Origin: an uncultured Candidatus Saccharibacteria bacterium
GTDB lineage: Bacteria; Patescibacteriota; Minisyncoccia; Phycocordibacterales; JACOZG01
Assembly (NCBI GenBank): GCA_964361825.1
Contig: CAYICB010000001.1
Location: forward strand, 30,644 to 94,643
Direction of reading: 5' to 3'
DNA: 64,000 bases
Below, piece after piece: positions 25,413-35,553 of the stretch (positions are counted from its first letter, which is position 1; each line of letters opens with the position of its first letter). The notes below the pieces were generated by a model. The model saw nothing but the letters and a program-made list of their open reading frames with translations, did not search any database and had not been told where the DNA came from. The translations under genes were made by a program, and so were the position numbers.

Positions 25413-27113
25413 ATGGTTGAGTTCCAAGAAGATAAACAAAATCAAAAAATTTCCGAGCTGCACCGGAAAGAAGCTGAAGAACTCGCTCAAATTCTTGCCA
25501 AAAAACACGGCCTCCCCTATCTCGATCTCTCCAATTTACCCATCAATACCGATGCGCTACGTTTAATTTCTGAAAGTGAGGCTCGGCTCGCCCAAGTGGC
25601 CGCCTTCAAGATTTCTGGCAAGCAAGTTTATGTGCTCACTGTGGCTCCCGAGAGCTTAGCGACCAAAAAACTGCTTGAAGAATTGCAGGGCAAAAACTAC
25701 AAACTTGAGGTTTATCTTGGTTCACCCACTAGTCTAGAGCGCGCCTGGAGTCGCTACGGAGAAATTTCGGTTTCGACCAAAACCGAAGCCGGTGTAATCG
25801 ACATTTCTAATGAGGACATCAAACGCTTTGTGACTGAACTCAAAGATTTGCCTTCAATTAAGGCTCTCCTCGACCAAGAGGGAAGCCTCGCGCTCAAAGA
25901 GGGCGGGATTTCGTCTTTATTAGAAATTGTTTTGGCCGGAGGTTTGGTTACCAAAGCTTCCGATATCCACTTTGAGCCAGAAGAGCAAGGAGTGCGCTTG
26001 CGTTATCGTCTTGATGGGGTGCTAAATGATCTCGTTAATTTACCCGAGAAGCTTTACCGTCAAGTTCTTTCGCGCGTGAAGCTGGTTTCCGGCCTAAAAC
26101 TTAATGTGAAGCAAAATGCTCAAGACGGTCGCTTTAGCCTCCGATTGGATCAAGGTGATATTGAAATTAGAACTTCGGTTTTACCGGGGGCTTATGGTGA
26201 ATCAATTGTTTTGCGCTTACTTAATCCAGAAACCCTCACCGTGGGTTTAAATAATTTGGGCATGGAACCTGATCTCTTGGCCCGAGTTGGCGAAGAGATC
26301 AAAAAACCTAATGGTCTCATTTTACTCACCGGACCCACCGGTTCAGGAAAAACCACCACTCTCTACGCTTTCCTCAAAGAAATCAATACCCCCGACAGCA
26401 AAATTATTACCATCGAGGATCCGATTGAATATCATTTGAAAGGGGTTAATCAAACGCAGGTGAATCCAGAGAAAGATTATACTTTCCTGTCTGGTTTGCG
26501 CAGCGCCTTGCGCCAAGATCCCGATATTATTATGGTGGGAGAAATTCGCGATTCAGAAACCGCCGAAATTGCGGTAAATGCCTCGCTCACCGGCCACCTC
26601 GTTTTCTCCACCCTCCACACCAACAATGCCGCCGGCACCATCCCCCGCTTAGTTGATCTGGGAGTAAATCCGAAGGTGCTCGACTCGGCACTTAATATCG
26701 CTCTGGCTCAACGCTTAGTCCGCAAACTTTGCCCTGATTGTCGAAAGCCCGCTTCTCCTAATGCTGAAGAAAAATCTTTAATAGAAAAGGTTTTAGCGGC
26801 CGTAAAACAAAAGCGTCCAGAATTTATCGCTCCCGACCCGACGATTTTTTCCTCAAACAATTGTGCGGCCTGCCATGGCACTGGTTATCGTGGTCGAATT
26901 GGGATCTTTGAGGCAATTATCGTTAATCAAAAAATCGCCGACCTGCTGCTTTCGGGTAATCCTAATGAACGAGAACTGCGCCTCGCGGCTCTGGATCAAA
27001 AACTGTTGGACATGCGCGAAGACGGGGTGATCAAAGTTCTTTCCGGCATCACCTCCTTTGCCGAACTAGCACGAGTAATTGACCTAAATGAAGAAATTCT
27101 TATGGCCACTTGA
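25413..27113 (+). CDS. Type II/IV secretion ATPase (GspE/PilB family)
   Basis: ASDIHFEP, QDGRF, GPTGSGKTTTLY, TIEDPIEY, LRQDPD, GHLVFSTLH, Zn motif CPDC..CAAC. Confidence 0.95.
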   Translation: MVEFQEDKQNQKISELHRKEAEELAQILAKKHGLPYLDLSNLPINTDALRLISESEARLAQVAAFKISGKQVYVLTVAPESLATKKLLEELQGKNYKLEVYLGSPTSLERAWSRYGEISVSTKTEAGVIDISNEDIKRFVTELKDLPSIKALLDQEGSLALKEGGISSLLEIVLAGGLVTKASDIHFEPEEQGVRLRYRLDGVLNDLVNLPEKLYRQVLSRVKLVSGLKLNVKQNAQDGRFSLRLDQGDIEIRTSVLPGAYGESIVLRLLNPETLTVGLNNLGMEPDLLARVGEEIKKPNGLILLTGPTGSGKTTTLYAFLKEINTPDSKIITIEDPIEYHLKGVNQTQVNPEKDYTFLSGLRSALRQDPDIIMVGEIRDSETAEIAVNASLTGHLVFSTLHTNNAAGTIPRLVDLGVNPKVLDSALNIALAQRLVRKLCPDCRKPASPNAEEKSLIEKVLAAVKQKRPEFIAPDPTIFSSNNCAACHGTGYRGRIGIFEAIIVNQKIADLLLSGNPNERELRLAALDQKLLDMREDGVIKVLSGITSFAELARVIDLNEEILMAT

Positions 27114-27118
27114 AATAT

Positions 27119-27304
27119 AAAAAAATCGAACCTTTTAATCTCCAAGCAATCCTTTCGCTAGTGATATTGAAAGTTAGGTTGGTTATTAAGGATAGTTCCA
27201 GCGGTCTACCGCCGAAGCGGAGAACCAGAACGTCCTTCTAACTAACCCGTTTAAGTCCTAAAAGGACTTAGTTGCTTGGAGATTAAAAGGTTCGATTACC
27301 TACC
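27119..27304 (-). ncRNA. Candidate ~185-nt structured ncRNA (6S RNA-like)
   Basis: Perfect 26-bp terminal inverted repeat (27124-27149 / 27272-27297), inner stem with a cUUCGg loop on the minus strand, promoter TTGACA-N17-TAAGGT (27338-27310), trailing U-tract. Confidence 0.6.
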
Positions 27305-27331
27305 GCCACACCTTAGCATAAAACAAAACCA

Positions 27332-28333
27332 ATGTCAAGTAATACCAATCCAGACCGCTTTCTCGACAGCGCCCTGCGCCCTTCAGTTTGGGCTGATTAT
27401 GTCGGCCAAGAGAATATCAAAGATAACCTCAAAATACTACTAGGTGCAGCCAAAGAGCGCAACCAACCGCCTGAACACCTCCTGTTTTATGGCCCGCCGG
27501 GCCTAGGCAAGACCACCCTCGCCCACCTCATTGCCAAGGAGCTGGGGGCGCAGATTAAGGTTACCGCTGGCCCCACCATTGAGAAGGTTGGCGACCTAGC
27601 TTCGATCCTAACCAACCTCACTGCCGGTGATATTCTCTTTATTGATGAAATTCATCGGCTCAATAAGACCATTGAAGAGGTGCTTTACCCCGCTATGGAA
27701 TCAGGCACCCTCAATATTATTATTGGCAAGGGCCCGGGGGCGCGAGTGATTCAGCTTGATCTCCCCCCTTTTACCCTCATTGCCGCTACTACCCGCATTG
27801 CCCTCCTTTCTGCCCCGCTCCGTTCCCGCTTTTCTGGTGGCACTTTTCGCCTTGAGTTTTACACTCTCCAAGAAATTGAAGAAATTATTTCTCGTTCGGC
27901 CAGAATTCTAGAGATCCCCATTAGCCAAGAAGCGGCGGCCGAAGTGGCCAAACGCAGCCGTTTTACCCCCAGAATTGCCAACCACCTCCTTAAACGCTCG
28001 CGCGACTTTGCCCAAATTAATAAAACTGATATTGACGCCCGGGTCGTTGCCGAAACTTTAAATTTACTGGGAATTGACGCTCTGGGCTTAACGGCCGCCG
28101 ATCGCCGCATTTTAGAAGCGGTAATCCACAAATTTAATGGCGGACCAGTGGGGCTCGGCACCATTGCCGCCGCCACCTTCGAAGAAGAGGCGACGATTGA
28201 AGAGGTGCACGAGCCTTACTTACTCCAGCTCGGTTTTCTCGAGCGCACTCCCCGTGGCCGCCTCATTACCCGTAAGGCCTATGACCATCTCAAGCTCTCA
28301 TTCCCTAAGAATCGACAAGAAGGGATGTTTTAA
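27332..28333 (+). CDS. ruvB: Holliday junction helicase RuvB
   Basis: LRP....YVGQ, GPPGLGKTTLA, FIDEIHRL, LYPAME, TPRIAN, EPYL.Q.G..RTPRGR. Confidence 0.97.
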   Translation: MSSNTNPDRFLDSALRPSVWADYVGQENIKDNLKILLGAAKERNQPPEHLLFYGPPGLGKTTLAHLIAKELGAQIKVTAGPTIEKVGDLASILTNLTAGDILFIDEIHRLNKTIEEVLYPAMESGTLNIIIGKGPGARVIQLDLPPFTLIAATTRIALLSAPLRSRFSGGTFRLEFYTLQEIEEIISRSARILEIPISQEAAAEVAKRSRFTPRIANHLLKRSRDFAQINKTDIDARVVAETLNLLGIDALGLTAADRRILEAVIHKFNGGPVGLGTIAAATFEEEATIEEVHEPYLLQLGFLERTPRGRLITRKAYDHLKLSFPKNRQEGMF

Positions 28334-28346
28334 TTAAGCTAAAGCC

Positions 28347-28901
28347 ATGGCTGGGCATAATAAATGGACGCAAATTAAGCGGCAGAAGGAGGTGGTTGAT
28401 AAAAAAAAGAGCAAGATTTTCTCGATTCTCGCTCGCATCTTAACCCTTGAAGCCAAGCAAGCTAAGGGCGACCGCAATGCTCTGGGTTTAAAAAAGGCGA
28501 TCGAAAAAGCGCGGCTGGCCAATGTGCCAAACGATAATATCGAGCGGGCGATTGCCCGCGGCCTCGGTGGTGAGGGTGGCGAACTAGAAACCGTAGTGTA
28601 TGAGGCTTATGGTCCCGGTGGTACCGCCCTGCTCATTACCGGTATTACCGATAACAAAAACCGTACTTCTCAAGAAATTAAACACCTGCTTACCGAGCAC
28701 GGCGCTAGCCTCGCCCCGCAAGGCTCGGTCACTTGGGCTTTTACAAAAACAAATGAAGGTCTGTCTAATCAACCGGCGGGTTGGCAAGCTAATAATTTGC
28801 TCGATTTATCTGAGGCCGATCAAAGCAAAATTAATTTGCTTCATTTGGCCCTCGAGAATCACGAAGACATCGAACACATTTATGATAATTGCCGGCATTG
28901 A
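28347..28901 (+). CDS. yebC: YebC/PmpR family regulator (short form)
   Basis: MAGHNKW.QIK, YEAYGPGG, TDNKNRT. Confidence 0.93.
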   Translation: MAGHNKWTQIKRQKEVVDKKKSKIFSILARILTLEAKQAKGDRNALGLKKAIEKARLANVPNDNIERAIARGLGGEGGELETVVYEAYGPGGTALLITGITDNKNRTSQEIKHLLTEHGASLAPQGSVTWAFTKTNEGLSNQPAGWQANNLLDLSEADQSKINLLHLALENHEDIEHIYDNCRH

Positions 28902-29364
28902 TCCCGGGTACGGCAAAATGGGGGTGGCCATAATTGAGGGCGAAAAACTTTTGTTTTCTGATTGCCTAATTACTTCGAGTAAAGAAAGTTTGGCTGATCG
29001 TTTGCTCCAACTTGGTCAAGATTTTGAAAAAATTCTCAAAAAATTTTCCCCCGAGCGTTTGGCGCTAGAAAAACTTTTTTTTACCACCAATCAAAAAACG
29101 GCGATGGCCGTGGCAGAAGCCAGAGGCATGATTACTTATCTTGGTCGCGCTCATGGGCTCAAGATTGCTGATTACACCCCGCTCGAAATTAAGCAAACCA
29201 TTACCGGTTATGGTCACGCCAGCAAAAAGCAGGTGGCAGATTTTCTCCCCAAACTGATTAAAATCGACAAAAAAATTAAGGAGGATGATGAGCTCGACGC
29301 CATTGCCGTGGCCCTCACCGATCTCTTTATCCACAAGTCTCGGGCAATTGGGTTGCAAAAATAA
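28882..29364 (+). CDS. ruvC: Crossover junction endodeoxyribonuclease RuvC
   Basis: MIIAGIDPG, EKLFF, AEARG, YTPLEIK..ITGYG.A.K.QV, DDELDAIAVA; start ATG 28882. Confidence 0.95.
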   Translation: MIIAGIDPGYGKMGVAIIEGEKLLFSDCLITSSKESLADRLLQLGQDFEKILKKFSPERLALEKLFFTTNQKTAMAVAEARGMITYLGRAHGLKIADYTPLEIKQTITGYGHASKKQVADFLPKLIKIDKKIKEDDELDAIAVALTDLFIHKSRAIGLQK

Positions 29365-29444
29365 AAGCGGGGTGCTAAAACTTAGCGGTGTTTTCGAAAG
29401 TTAAAGGTCGGAAACAATTTATTGGTAAAATTTTAAGCAAAAAT

Positions 29445-29567
29445 ATGGAAGAAGCAGAGAACTTAGACGAAGTAGCGGGTACGGAAGAAGAGGATGACGA
29501 TTTAGAAAAGCTTTCTGGCGCTGATGACGACGACGATGACGCCGAGGAAGAGGCCACTGACGAATAA
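29445..29567 (+). CDS. Unannotated 40-aa hyper-acidic peptide
   Basis: MEEAENLDEVAGTEEEDDDLEKLSGADDDDDDAEEEATDE*; extended -10 TGGTAAAAT just upstream. Confidence 0.6.
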   Translation: MEEAENLDEVAGTEEEDDDLEKLSGADDDDDDAEEEATDE

Positions 29568-29568
29568 A

Positions 29569-30720
29569 TTAAACCCGCAACTTTAGAAAACGTTTTTTTC
29601 CGATCTGAAGATCAAGGTCACCGCTTAGGCAATAATCCGAGGCGGTGATTTTGTTACCAGTCAGTTCTTTGATTGCGCCGGCATCGAGCAAACGCCGGAA
29701 GTCGCTTTTTGATTCTACGATTTTTTCGCGGAGCAAAATGTCGACGAGTAATTCTCCCACTGCTACCTGCGTCGCCGGTAATTCTGCCGGCATCGCACCA
29801 TCACTAAACTTGGTTTGGAAGTCGCGCGCGGCGCGCTTAGCCTTCGCTTCACCATAAACTAATTTTACAATTTCGCTCGCCAAACACATCTTCGCTTCTT
29901 TCGGATGACCGACCAGAATCTTTTTTACCTCCTCGTCAGGCAATCTGGTTAAAAGCTCGAAACTCGAAGGAATTAATTCATCTCCCCAACTCATAATCTG
30001 GCCATACATATTTTCTGGCGAGTCAGAAAAGGCGGCCAAATTACCTTCGGTCTTACCCATTTTCTTGCCATTATTATCGACTAATAATTTAGTCGTCAAA
30101 ACAAATTTTTCTTTCCCCGCCCGCTTAAGCAAAGTTCGGCCTGCAAGCATATTAAAGGTTTGGTCATTGCCACCAATTTCTAAATCCACCCCCAAAGCCA
30201 CCGAATCATAACCTTGCATCAGAGGGTAAAAAAATTCATGTAAGTGAATTGGTTCACCCGCCTTAAAACGCTTCTCGAACATGTCGCGTTCAAGCATCTG
30301 CGCCACCGTAAACTCGCTCGCCAGCTCAAGCACTTCGGCAAATTTAAGTTTAGCGAGCCATTTACTATTGAAGACAATCTTCACTTTGGCGAGATCGATA
30401 ATCCGCGCGAGCTGTTTTTTATAACCTCTCAAGTTTTCTTTCACTTCTCCCACAGTAAGTTGCTGTCTGGTTGCCTTTTTATCTGTGGGGTCACCAACCA
30501 TAGCGGTAAAATCACCCACCACAATCAAGGTTTCGTGCCCCGCTTCGGCCAAATCGCGCAATTTAAGCAAGGGCACCAAGTGTCCAAGGTGCAAATCGGG
30601 GCCAGTGGGATCAATGCCCCAGTAAACTTTTAGTGGCTGGCCCAAGCGTAAACGCTCGGTTAAAGCCTCGGTGGAAGGATAAATTTTTTCTACCCCACGA
30701 GTCAAAATTTCTTCTCTCAT
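29569..30720 (-). CDS. tyrS: Tyrosine-tRNA ligase
   Basis: GIDPTGPDLHLGH, YPLMQGYD, GGNDQ.FN, KMGKT, C-terminal S4-like domain. Confidence 0.97.
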   Translation of the reverse strand: MREEILTRGVEKIYPSTEALTERLRLGQPLKVYWGIDPTGPDLHLGHLVPLLKLRDLAEAGHETLIVVGDFTAMVGDPTDKKATRQQLTVGEVKENLRGYKKQLARIIDLAKVKIVFNSKWLAKLKFAEVLELASEFTVAQMLERDMFEKRFKAGEPIHLHEFFYPLMQGYDSVALGVDLEIGGNDQTFNMLAGRTLLKRAGKEKFVLTTKLLVDNNGKKMGKTEGNLAAFSDSPENMYGQIMSWGDELIPSSFELLTRLPDEEVKKILVGHPKEAKMCLASEIVKLVYGEAKAKRAARDFQTKFSDGAMPAELPATQVAVGELLVDILLREKIVESKSDFRRLLDAGAIKELTGNKITASDYCLSGDLDLQIGKKRFLKLRV

Positions 30721-30755
30721 TCGACTAAATTTAACATAATGTTAGGATTAGACCA

Positions 30756-33215
30756 ATGATAAAAAAGGTGTTTTTATTTGCCGTGGCCTTGGGTCTAGTA
30801 ATTGGTGGCTCCGGCCTCTTGTGGCTCGCCACGCTCGACATCCCCGATTTCGGCTCTTTCGACGAGCGCCTCATTGCTCAATCAACCAAAATCTATGACC
30901 GCACGGGCAAAATTCTCCTCTACAATGTTCAAGACGAAGTGAGGCGCCACATTGTTAGTTCGGAAAACATTTCTCGGCATATCAAAAATGCCACCGTCGC
31001 CATTGAAGATGATCAGTTTTATGAACACCGCGGAATTAAACCGATGGCTATTCTCCGCGCCGTTTTTGTAAATTTGGGGGCTGGCACCTTAAAACAAGGC
31101 GGCTCCACCATTACCCAACAATTAATTAAAAATACTTTACTAACTCAAGAAAAAAAGTTTTCCCGCAAAATCAAAGAGGCGGTGCTCGCCGTCAAACTAG
31201 AGAAAGTGATGAACAAAGAGCAAATTCTCAATCTCTATCTCAATGAAACACCCTATGGCGGCAATATCTACGGCGTGGAAGAAGCGGCTCAAGCCTTTTT
31301 TGGCAAAAGCGCCAAAGAAGTAAGTCTGGCCGAAGCGGCTTATATTGCCTCGGTGCCTAAGGCCCCCACTTTCTACTCGCCTTATGGTCAAAATAAAGAA
31401 AAATTAAAGGAGCGACAAAGTTTGGTCCTCACTAGAATGCGCGAACTTGGTTTTATCACTAAAGAAGAGGAGCAAGCGGCACAAACAGAAATCGTCACCT
31501 TTTTGCCCCCACAAAATCGAGGCATTAAAGCACCCCACTTCTCTCTCTGGGTGAGAGATTATCTAGAAGAAAAATACGGTTCAGAGGTGGTGCGGAGCCG
31601 TGGCTTAAAAGTGACCACCACTCTCAATTGGGAGTGGCAAAAGCAAGCGGAGGAGGTGGTGGATAAAATTGCCCCGGGAAATGAAGCTAATTTCAGAGCT
31701 AAAAACACTGGCCTCGTGGCCATCGATCCAAAAACCGGCGAAATTTTGGTAATGGTGGGCTCTCGTGACTACTTTGAAGTCTCCAATGACGGCAACTTCA
31801 ACACCACTCTCGCTCATCGTCAGCCCGGATCAGCCTTCAAACCTTTCGTTTATGCCACCGCCTTTAATAAAGGTTATACACCAGAAACGGTTCTTTTTGA
31901 TCTAGAGACCCAGTTTGATGTTAATTGTGGTGACGGAGGTAATTGTTATAAACCGCAAAATTACGACAGCCTTTTCCGCGGGCCCATTAATCTCCGCAAT
32001 GCTCTGGCTCAATCGATCAACATTCCAGCGATTAAAGTCCTCTATCTCGCCGGTATCAATGATTCACTCAAAACGGCTCGGGAAATGGGCATAAAAAGCC
32101 TCGGAAATGATCCAAATCTCTATGGCCTAACCTTGGTACTAGGTGGTGGTGAAGTTTCTCTCCTTGAGCTTACTAGCGCTTATGGCGTGTTTGCTAATGA
32201 TGGACTAAGGTCGCCTTATTTTAATATTCTAAAAGTCGAAGATGCTGAAGGCAAAATTTTGGAAGAAGCTAGTCCAAGAACCACGCGCGTTTTACCAGAA
32301 AATACCGCCAGATTAATTTCTGACATTCTCTCTGATAACCAAGCCAGAACTCCATTGTTTGGGGAAAATAATTTACTTACTTTTGGCGATCGCGAAGTAG
32401 CGGCCAAAACTGGTACCACCAATGATTATCGCGATGCCTGGATCGTAGGTTACACCCCCAATGTGGTAATCGGCGCCTGGGCGGGCAATAACGATAATAC
32501 CCCGATGGAAAAAAGGGTGGCCGGGATGATTATCGCCCCTCTCTGGCATGAAGTAATGGCCAAAATTCTCCCCGATCTCAATGCCGAAAGTTTTACTGAT
32601 CCCCTACCCACCTTTACCGATCTCAAGCCCGCGCTCCGTGGCTATTGGCAAGGTGGCGAAAGTTATTTTATCGATAAAATTTCGGGCAAATTAGCCACGG
32701 CATACACCCCCACCGAATTACGGGAAGAAAAAGTTTTAACCTCGGTGCACTCAATCTTGTATTGGTTAGACAAAAATGACCCTTTAGGGTCAAAGCCGTC
32801 ACGACCCGAGCGCGATCAACAATTTGCCCTTTGGGAAGAGCCGGTTCGCGCTTGGGCGAGAACGAAAAACATTATCGAACAAAATTTATCTGATTTGCCC
32901 AAAGAAGAGGATGATGTCCACTTACCAGAATTTGCTCCGCGCGTCGAAATCACCTCACCCAATAGCAATCAAACTTATGAAGCGAGCACTAATCTCACTA
33001 TTGAGATTGAGACCGATGGCGAGTACTCCATTGAAGAGGCCACCTTCTTTCTCAACAATAATTACCTCGGCGCCAGCAATCGCGCGCCGTTTAGTTTCCG
33101 CTTCCGACCAGCAGAATTAGAGAATCTCCAAGAACGCAATGAGCTCAAAGTGATTGTTTACGATAAAATGCGAAACCGCGGAGAAACTAGCATTACCCTA
33201 AAGTTAGATTACTAA
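30756..33215 (+). CDS. Class A penicillin-binding protein (transglycosylase-transpeptidase)
   Basis: EDDQFYEH.G, GGSTITQQ, RKIKE, GSAFK, SIN, KTGTT, C-terminal Ig-like domain. Confidence 0.95.
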   Translation: MIKKVFLFAVALGLVIGGSGLLWLATLDIPDFGSFDERLIAQSTKIYDRTGKILLYNVQDEVRRHIVSSENISRHIKNATVAIEDDQFYEHRGIKPMAILRAVFVNLGAGTLKQGGSTITQQLIKNTLLTQEKKFSRKIKEAVLAVKLEKVMNKEQILNLYLNETPYGGNIYGVEEAAQAFFGKSAKEVSLAEAAYIASVPKAPTFYSPYGQNKEKLKERQSLVLTRMRELGFITKEEEQAAQTEIVTFLPPQNRGIKAPHFSLWVRDYLEEKYGSEVVRSRGLKVTTTLNWEWQKQAEEVVDKIAPGNEANFRAKNTGLVAIDPKTGEILVMVGSRDYFEVSNDGNFNTTLAHRQPGSAFKPFVYATAFNKGYTPETVLFDLETQFDVNCGDGGNCYKPQNYDSLFRGPINLRNALAQSINIPAIKVLYLAGINDSLKTAREMGIKSLGNDPNLYGLTLVLGGGEVSLLELTSAYGVFANDGLRSPYFNILKVEDAEGKILEEASPRTTRVLPENTARLISDILSDNQARTPLFGENNLLTFGDREVAAKTGTTNDYRDAWIVGYTPNVVIGAWAGNNDNTPMEKRVAGMIIAPLWHEVMAKILPDLNAESFTDPLPTFTDLKPALRGYWQGGESYFIDKISGKLATAYTPTELREEKVLTSVHSILYWLDKNDPLGSKPSRPERDQQFALWEEPVRAWARTKNIIEQNLSDLPKEEDDVHLPEFAPRVEITSPNSNQTYEASTNLTIEIETDGEYSIEEATFFLNNNYLGASNRAPFSFRFRPAELENLQERNELKVIVYDKMRNRGETSITLKLDY

Positions 33216-33469
33216 AAAAGATCAGTGGGCGCTTGGCGATCCAGTAAATCTCGCAGTAAAGTTAGAATTTTTTCCTTCTTGATAAACACCGCGGAGCGTT
33301 CAATGGGCGTTAGGGTCAAAAAAACCTTGCGACCGGTAAATTTAATTTGCTTTGGTGTCAATTCTATTCCAGCCAAACGAAAAATAGCTTCGGCCACAGC
33401 CTCTTTTTGCTGCCGATCAGCTGGTTCCAACACCTTAAACTTAGCCAAATACTTCTCGAGATTATTCAC
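33212..33469 (-). CDS. Small hypothetical protein
   Basis: 85-aa ORF with a -10 element 6 nt before the GTG. Confidence 0.55.
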   Translation of the reverse strand: MNNLEKYLAKFKVLEPADRQQKEAVAEAIFRLAGIELTPKQIKFTGRKVFLTLTPIERSAVFIKKEKILTLLRDLLDRQAPTDLF

Positions 33470-33576
33470 CCTTTAAGCATAGCCTTACTTGACTAATTAA
33501 ACTACTTATGTTAAGTTAGCAAAACTCTCGGGTGTCTGAGAGACAGGGTGGAAGTTCTTTCACAGGAGAAGACAGT

Positions 33577-34170
33577 ATGAAGTATGTGATTATGGCTCTG
33601 TTGAGCGGTTGTTTGGCGATTTGGTTGGTGGGGTGTGGGGCGATGGAAAGCGCCACCTTGGCCAACCAGATACCGGCCGAAGAAGCTGGTCAGGAACAAT
33701 CTTTTTCAACGAGGTATGGAGGTGGTTACGAGATTGAGAACGGCGACGAAAATTTCGCCGAGATCGATGACGTAACACAAGGCAACGGCAACAGCGACGG
33801 TGGTGGCAATGGCGGGAACACAGAAGATCGCCCATGGCTTCCACTCACCCTCGGCGGATTTGTTGGGACTTACCAAATGTGTGGTAGTCCGTGGCAATAT
33901 CTTCCTTCGGAAGGCTACGAAACCATCACCGTGGTGGCAATCGGCGGAAAAAATCCAGAAAAGTCTTACGAGTATCTGGTTCGCTGGTTTTTTCCTGACG
34001 AGTCGTACCGAGAAGGAACTCTTGCCGAAGTCGGCACGGTTCGAATTTCTCTCGACACCATCGGCGACCTTGTCGCTTACATAAGCGACGATGACGGTGA
34101 GACTTGGGAGGAGTTTAACCTGATCAGTATTGTTCCTTACTTCCCCTACGAAAAGGGTGGCAAGGGCTAA
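33577..34170 (+). CDS. Putative acidic lipoprotein (accessory singleton)
   Basis: SD AGGAGA; signal MKYVIMALLSGCLAIWLVGC with lipobox LVGC; TTGACT..TAAGTT promoter upstream. Confidence 0.65.
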   Translation: MKYVIMALLSGCLAIWLVGCGAMESATLANQIPAEEAGQEQSFSTRYGGGYEIENGDENFAEIDDVTQGNGNSDGGGNGGNTEDRPWLPLTLGGFVGTYQMCGSPWQYLPSEGYETITVVAIGGKNPEKSYEYLVRWFFPDESYREGTLAEVGTVRISLDTIGDLVAYISDDDGETWEEFNLISIVPYFPYEKGGKG

Positions 34171-34209
34171 CGACAGAATGAGCCTTCCGGGGACCTTGGG
34201 GAAGAAGTT

Positions 34210-34246
34210 GGCCCGCACGAGCACAATGCTCGGGCGGGTCTTTTTT
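34210..34246 (+). terminator. Intrinsic terminator
   Basis: GGCCCGC.CGAGCA-CAA-TGCTCG.GCGGGTC followed by T6. Confidence 0.7.
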
Positions 34247-34250
34247 GTTT

Positions 34251-35348
34251 CTAACGATTCATGGGCATTACCAAGTAGGAGAAGGAGGGGTCGGCTGCGC
34301 CACGGAAGAGCACGGGTTTGGTTTTGCCATTAAATTTAATTACCACTTCCTGATCGCTCAAAGATTGAAACATTTCGAGCAAATAGCGAACATTGAAGCT
34401 CATTTCTATCGGTTCACCAGTAATCTCGGCACCAAGCCTTGCCGCGCTTTCCCCCACCTCACTATTTTGAGACACAATTTCGACATTTTTATTATTAGGC
34501 TGAACCTTGCAATCAATTTGGTTGAGTTTATTAGCAAAAACATTAACCAGCTTCAGATTAGCGAGCAAATCATCGCGGGTCAAAATTACTTCGGTTTTTG
34601 CCTCTTTAGGCATAATTTGTCGGTAATCAGGATAAACCCCGTCAATTAAACGCGAAATGAAGTAAAAATTATTACTCGTAATCGCTAATTGATTTTTATT
34701 AAAGTTAAGCACTACCTTATCCCCCACATTTTCAAACAAACGAATAATTTCTGACACGTTTTTTGCTGGAATAATCATTTCCAAATTGGATTTTAAACTA
34801 GGCATGATGATTTTTCGTTCAGATAGCCTAAAAGAGTCCGTGGCCACGAAAAAAAGTTGATTTTCTTCACTATACAGATAAACGCTATTAATCTCTGGCT
34901 TAATACTCGAGGTAGCCGAAGAGAAAAAAACCGACTTCAACCCCCCAACCAAGGTTTCGGCCGATATTTCCACATCCTCTGATTCGGGTTGAATTGGTAG
35001 GGAAGGAAAATCACCCACTGGTAAAGCTTTAACTAAAATTGTGTGGTAAACAGAGGAAACCAAAATATTCTCGTTCACCAACTCCAGTTTTATTTTGTCT
35101 TCTTTTAGATTATTGAGGAGTGATATCAGGGTTCCAGCTTTTATTACAACCTGGCCCTCTTTTTCGACCTTAGCGGGGATCTTAATCTCCACTCCAACAT
35201 CAAGATTAGTGGCTCTAATCACTAAAATTTCTCCCATCACTTCAAGTAGTACCCCAGAAAGCACTGGCAAAGAGAGATTTCTACCGGTTAATCTTTCAGC
35301 TAAAGTTAAAGCGTCCCGCAAAATATCTTTCTTACACTCTAATTTCAT
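34251..35348 (-). CDS. dnaN: DNA polymerase III beta clamp
   Basis: PVLSGVLL, ATNLD, VATDSFRL, SRLIDG.YPDY, YLVMPM. Confidence 0.97.
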   Translation of the reverse strand: MKLECKKDILRDALTLAERLTGRNLSLPVLSGVLLEVMGEILVIRATNLDVGVEIKIPAKVEKEGQVVIKAGTLISLLNNLKEDKIKLELVNENILVSSVYHTILVKALPVGDFPSLPIQPESEDVEISAETLVGGLKSVFFSSATSSIKPEINSVYLYSEENQLFFVATDSFRLSERKIIMPSLKSNLEMIIPAKNVSEIIRLFENVGDKVVLNFNKNQLAITSNNFYFISRLIDGVYPDYRQIMPKEAKTEVILTRDDLLANLKLVNVFANKLNQIDCKVQPNNKNVEIVSQNSEVGESAARLGAEITGEPIEMSFNVRYLLEMFQSLSDQEVVIKFNGKTKPVLFRGAADPSFSYLVMPMNR

Positions 35349-35553
35349 AATATCTTTAGTTTAATTAAATAAATGATAGTAATGTGGCTGGGGATAAGTG
35401 GATTGTCTGATTAAAGTTAAGACGAAAGTTGGTCGTAATAGGTCTAAAAGCCTGATTAACCAAAAGGAAACTGGTTGTTTGTCTTAAAACACCTTTAGAA
35501 ACATCCGATTTCTCCAGAGGTCTTCCACAGGTTTTCATAAACTTATCCACAGT
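35349..35553. other. Probable replication origin oriC (dnaA-dnaN intergenic)
   Basis: Perfect DnaA box TTATCCACA at 35543-35551, near-matches at 35389-35397 and 35521-35529, AT-rich stretch at about 35349-35382. Confidence 0.75.
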
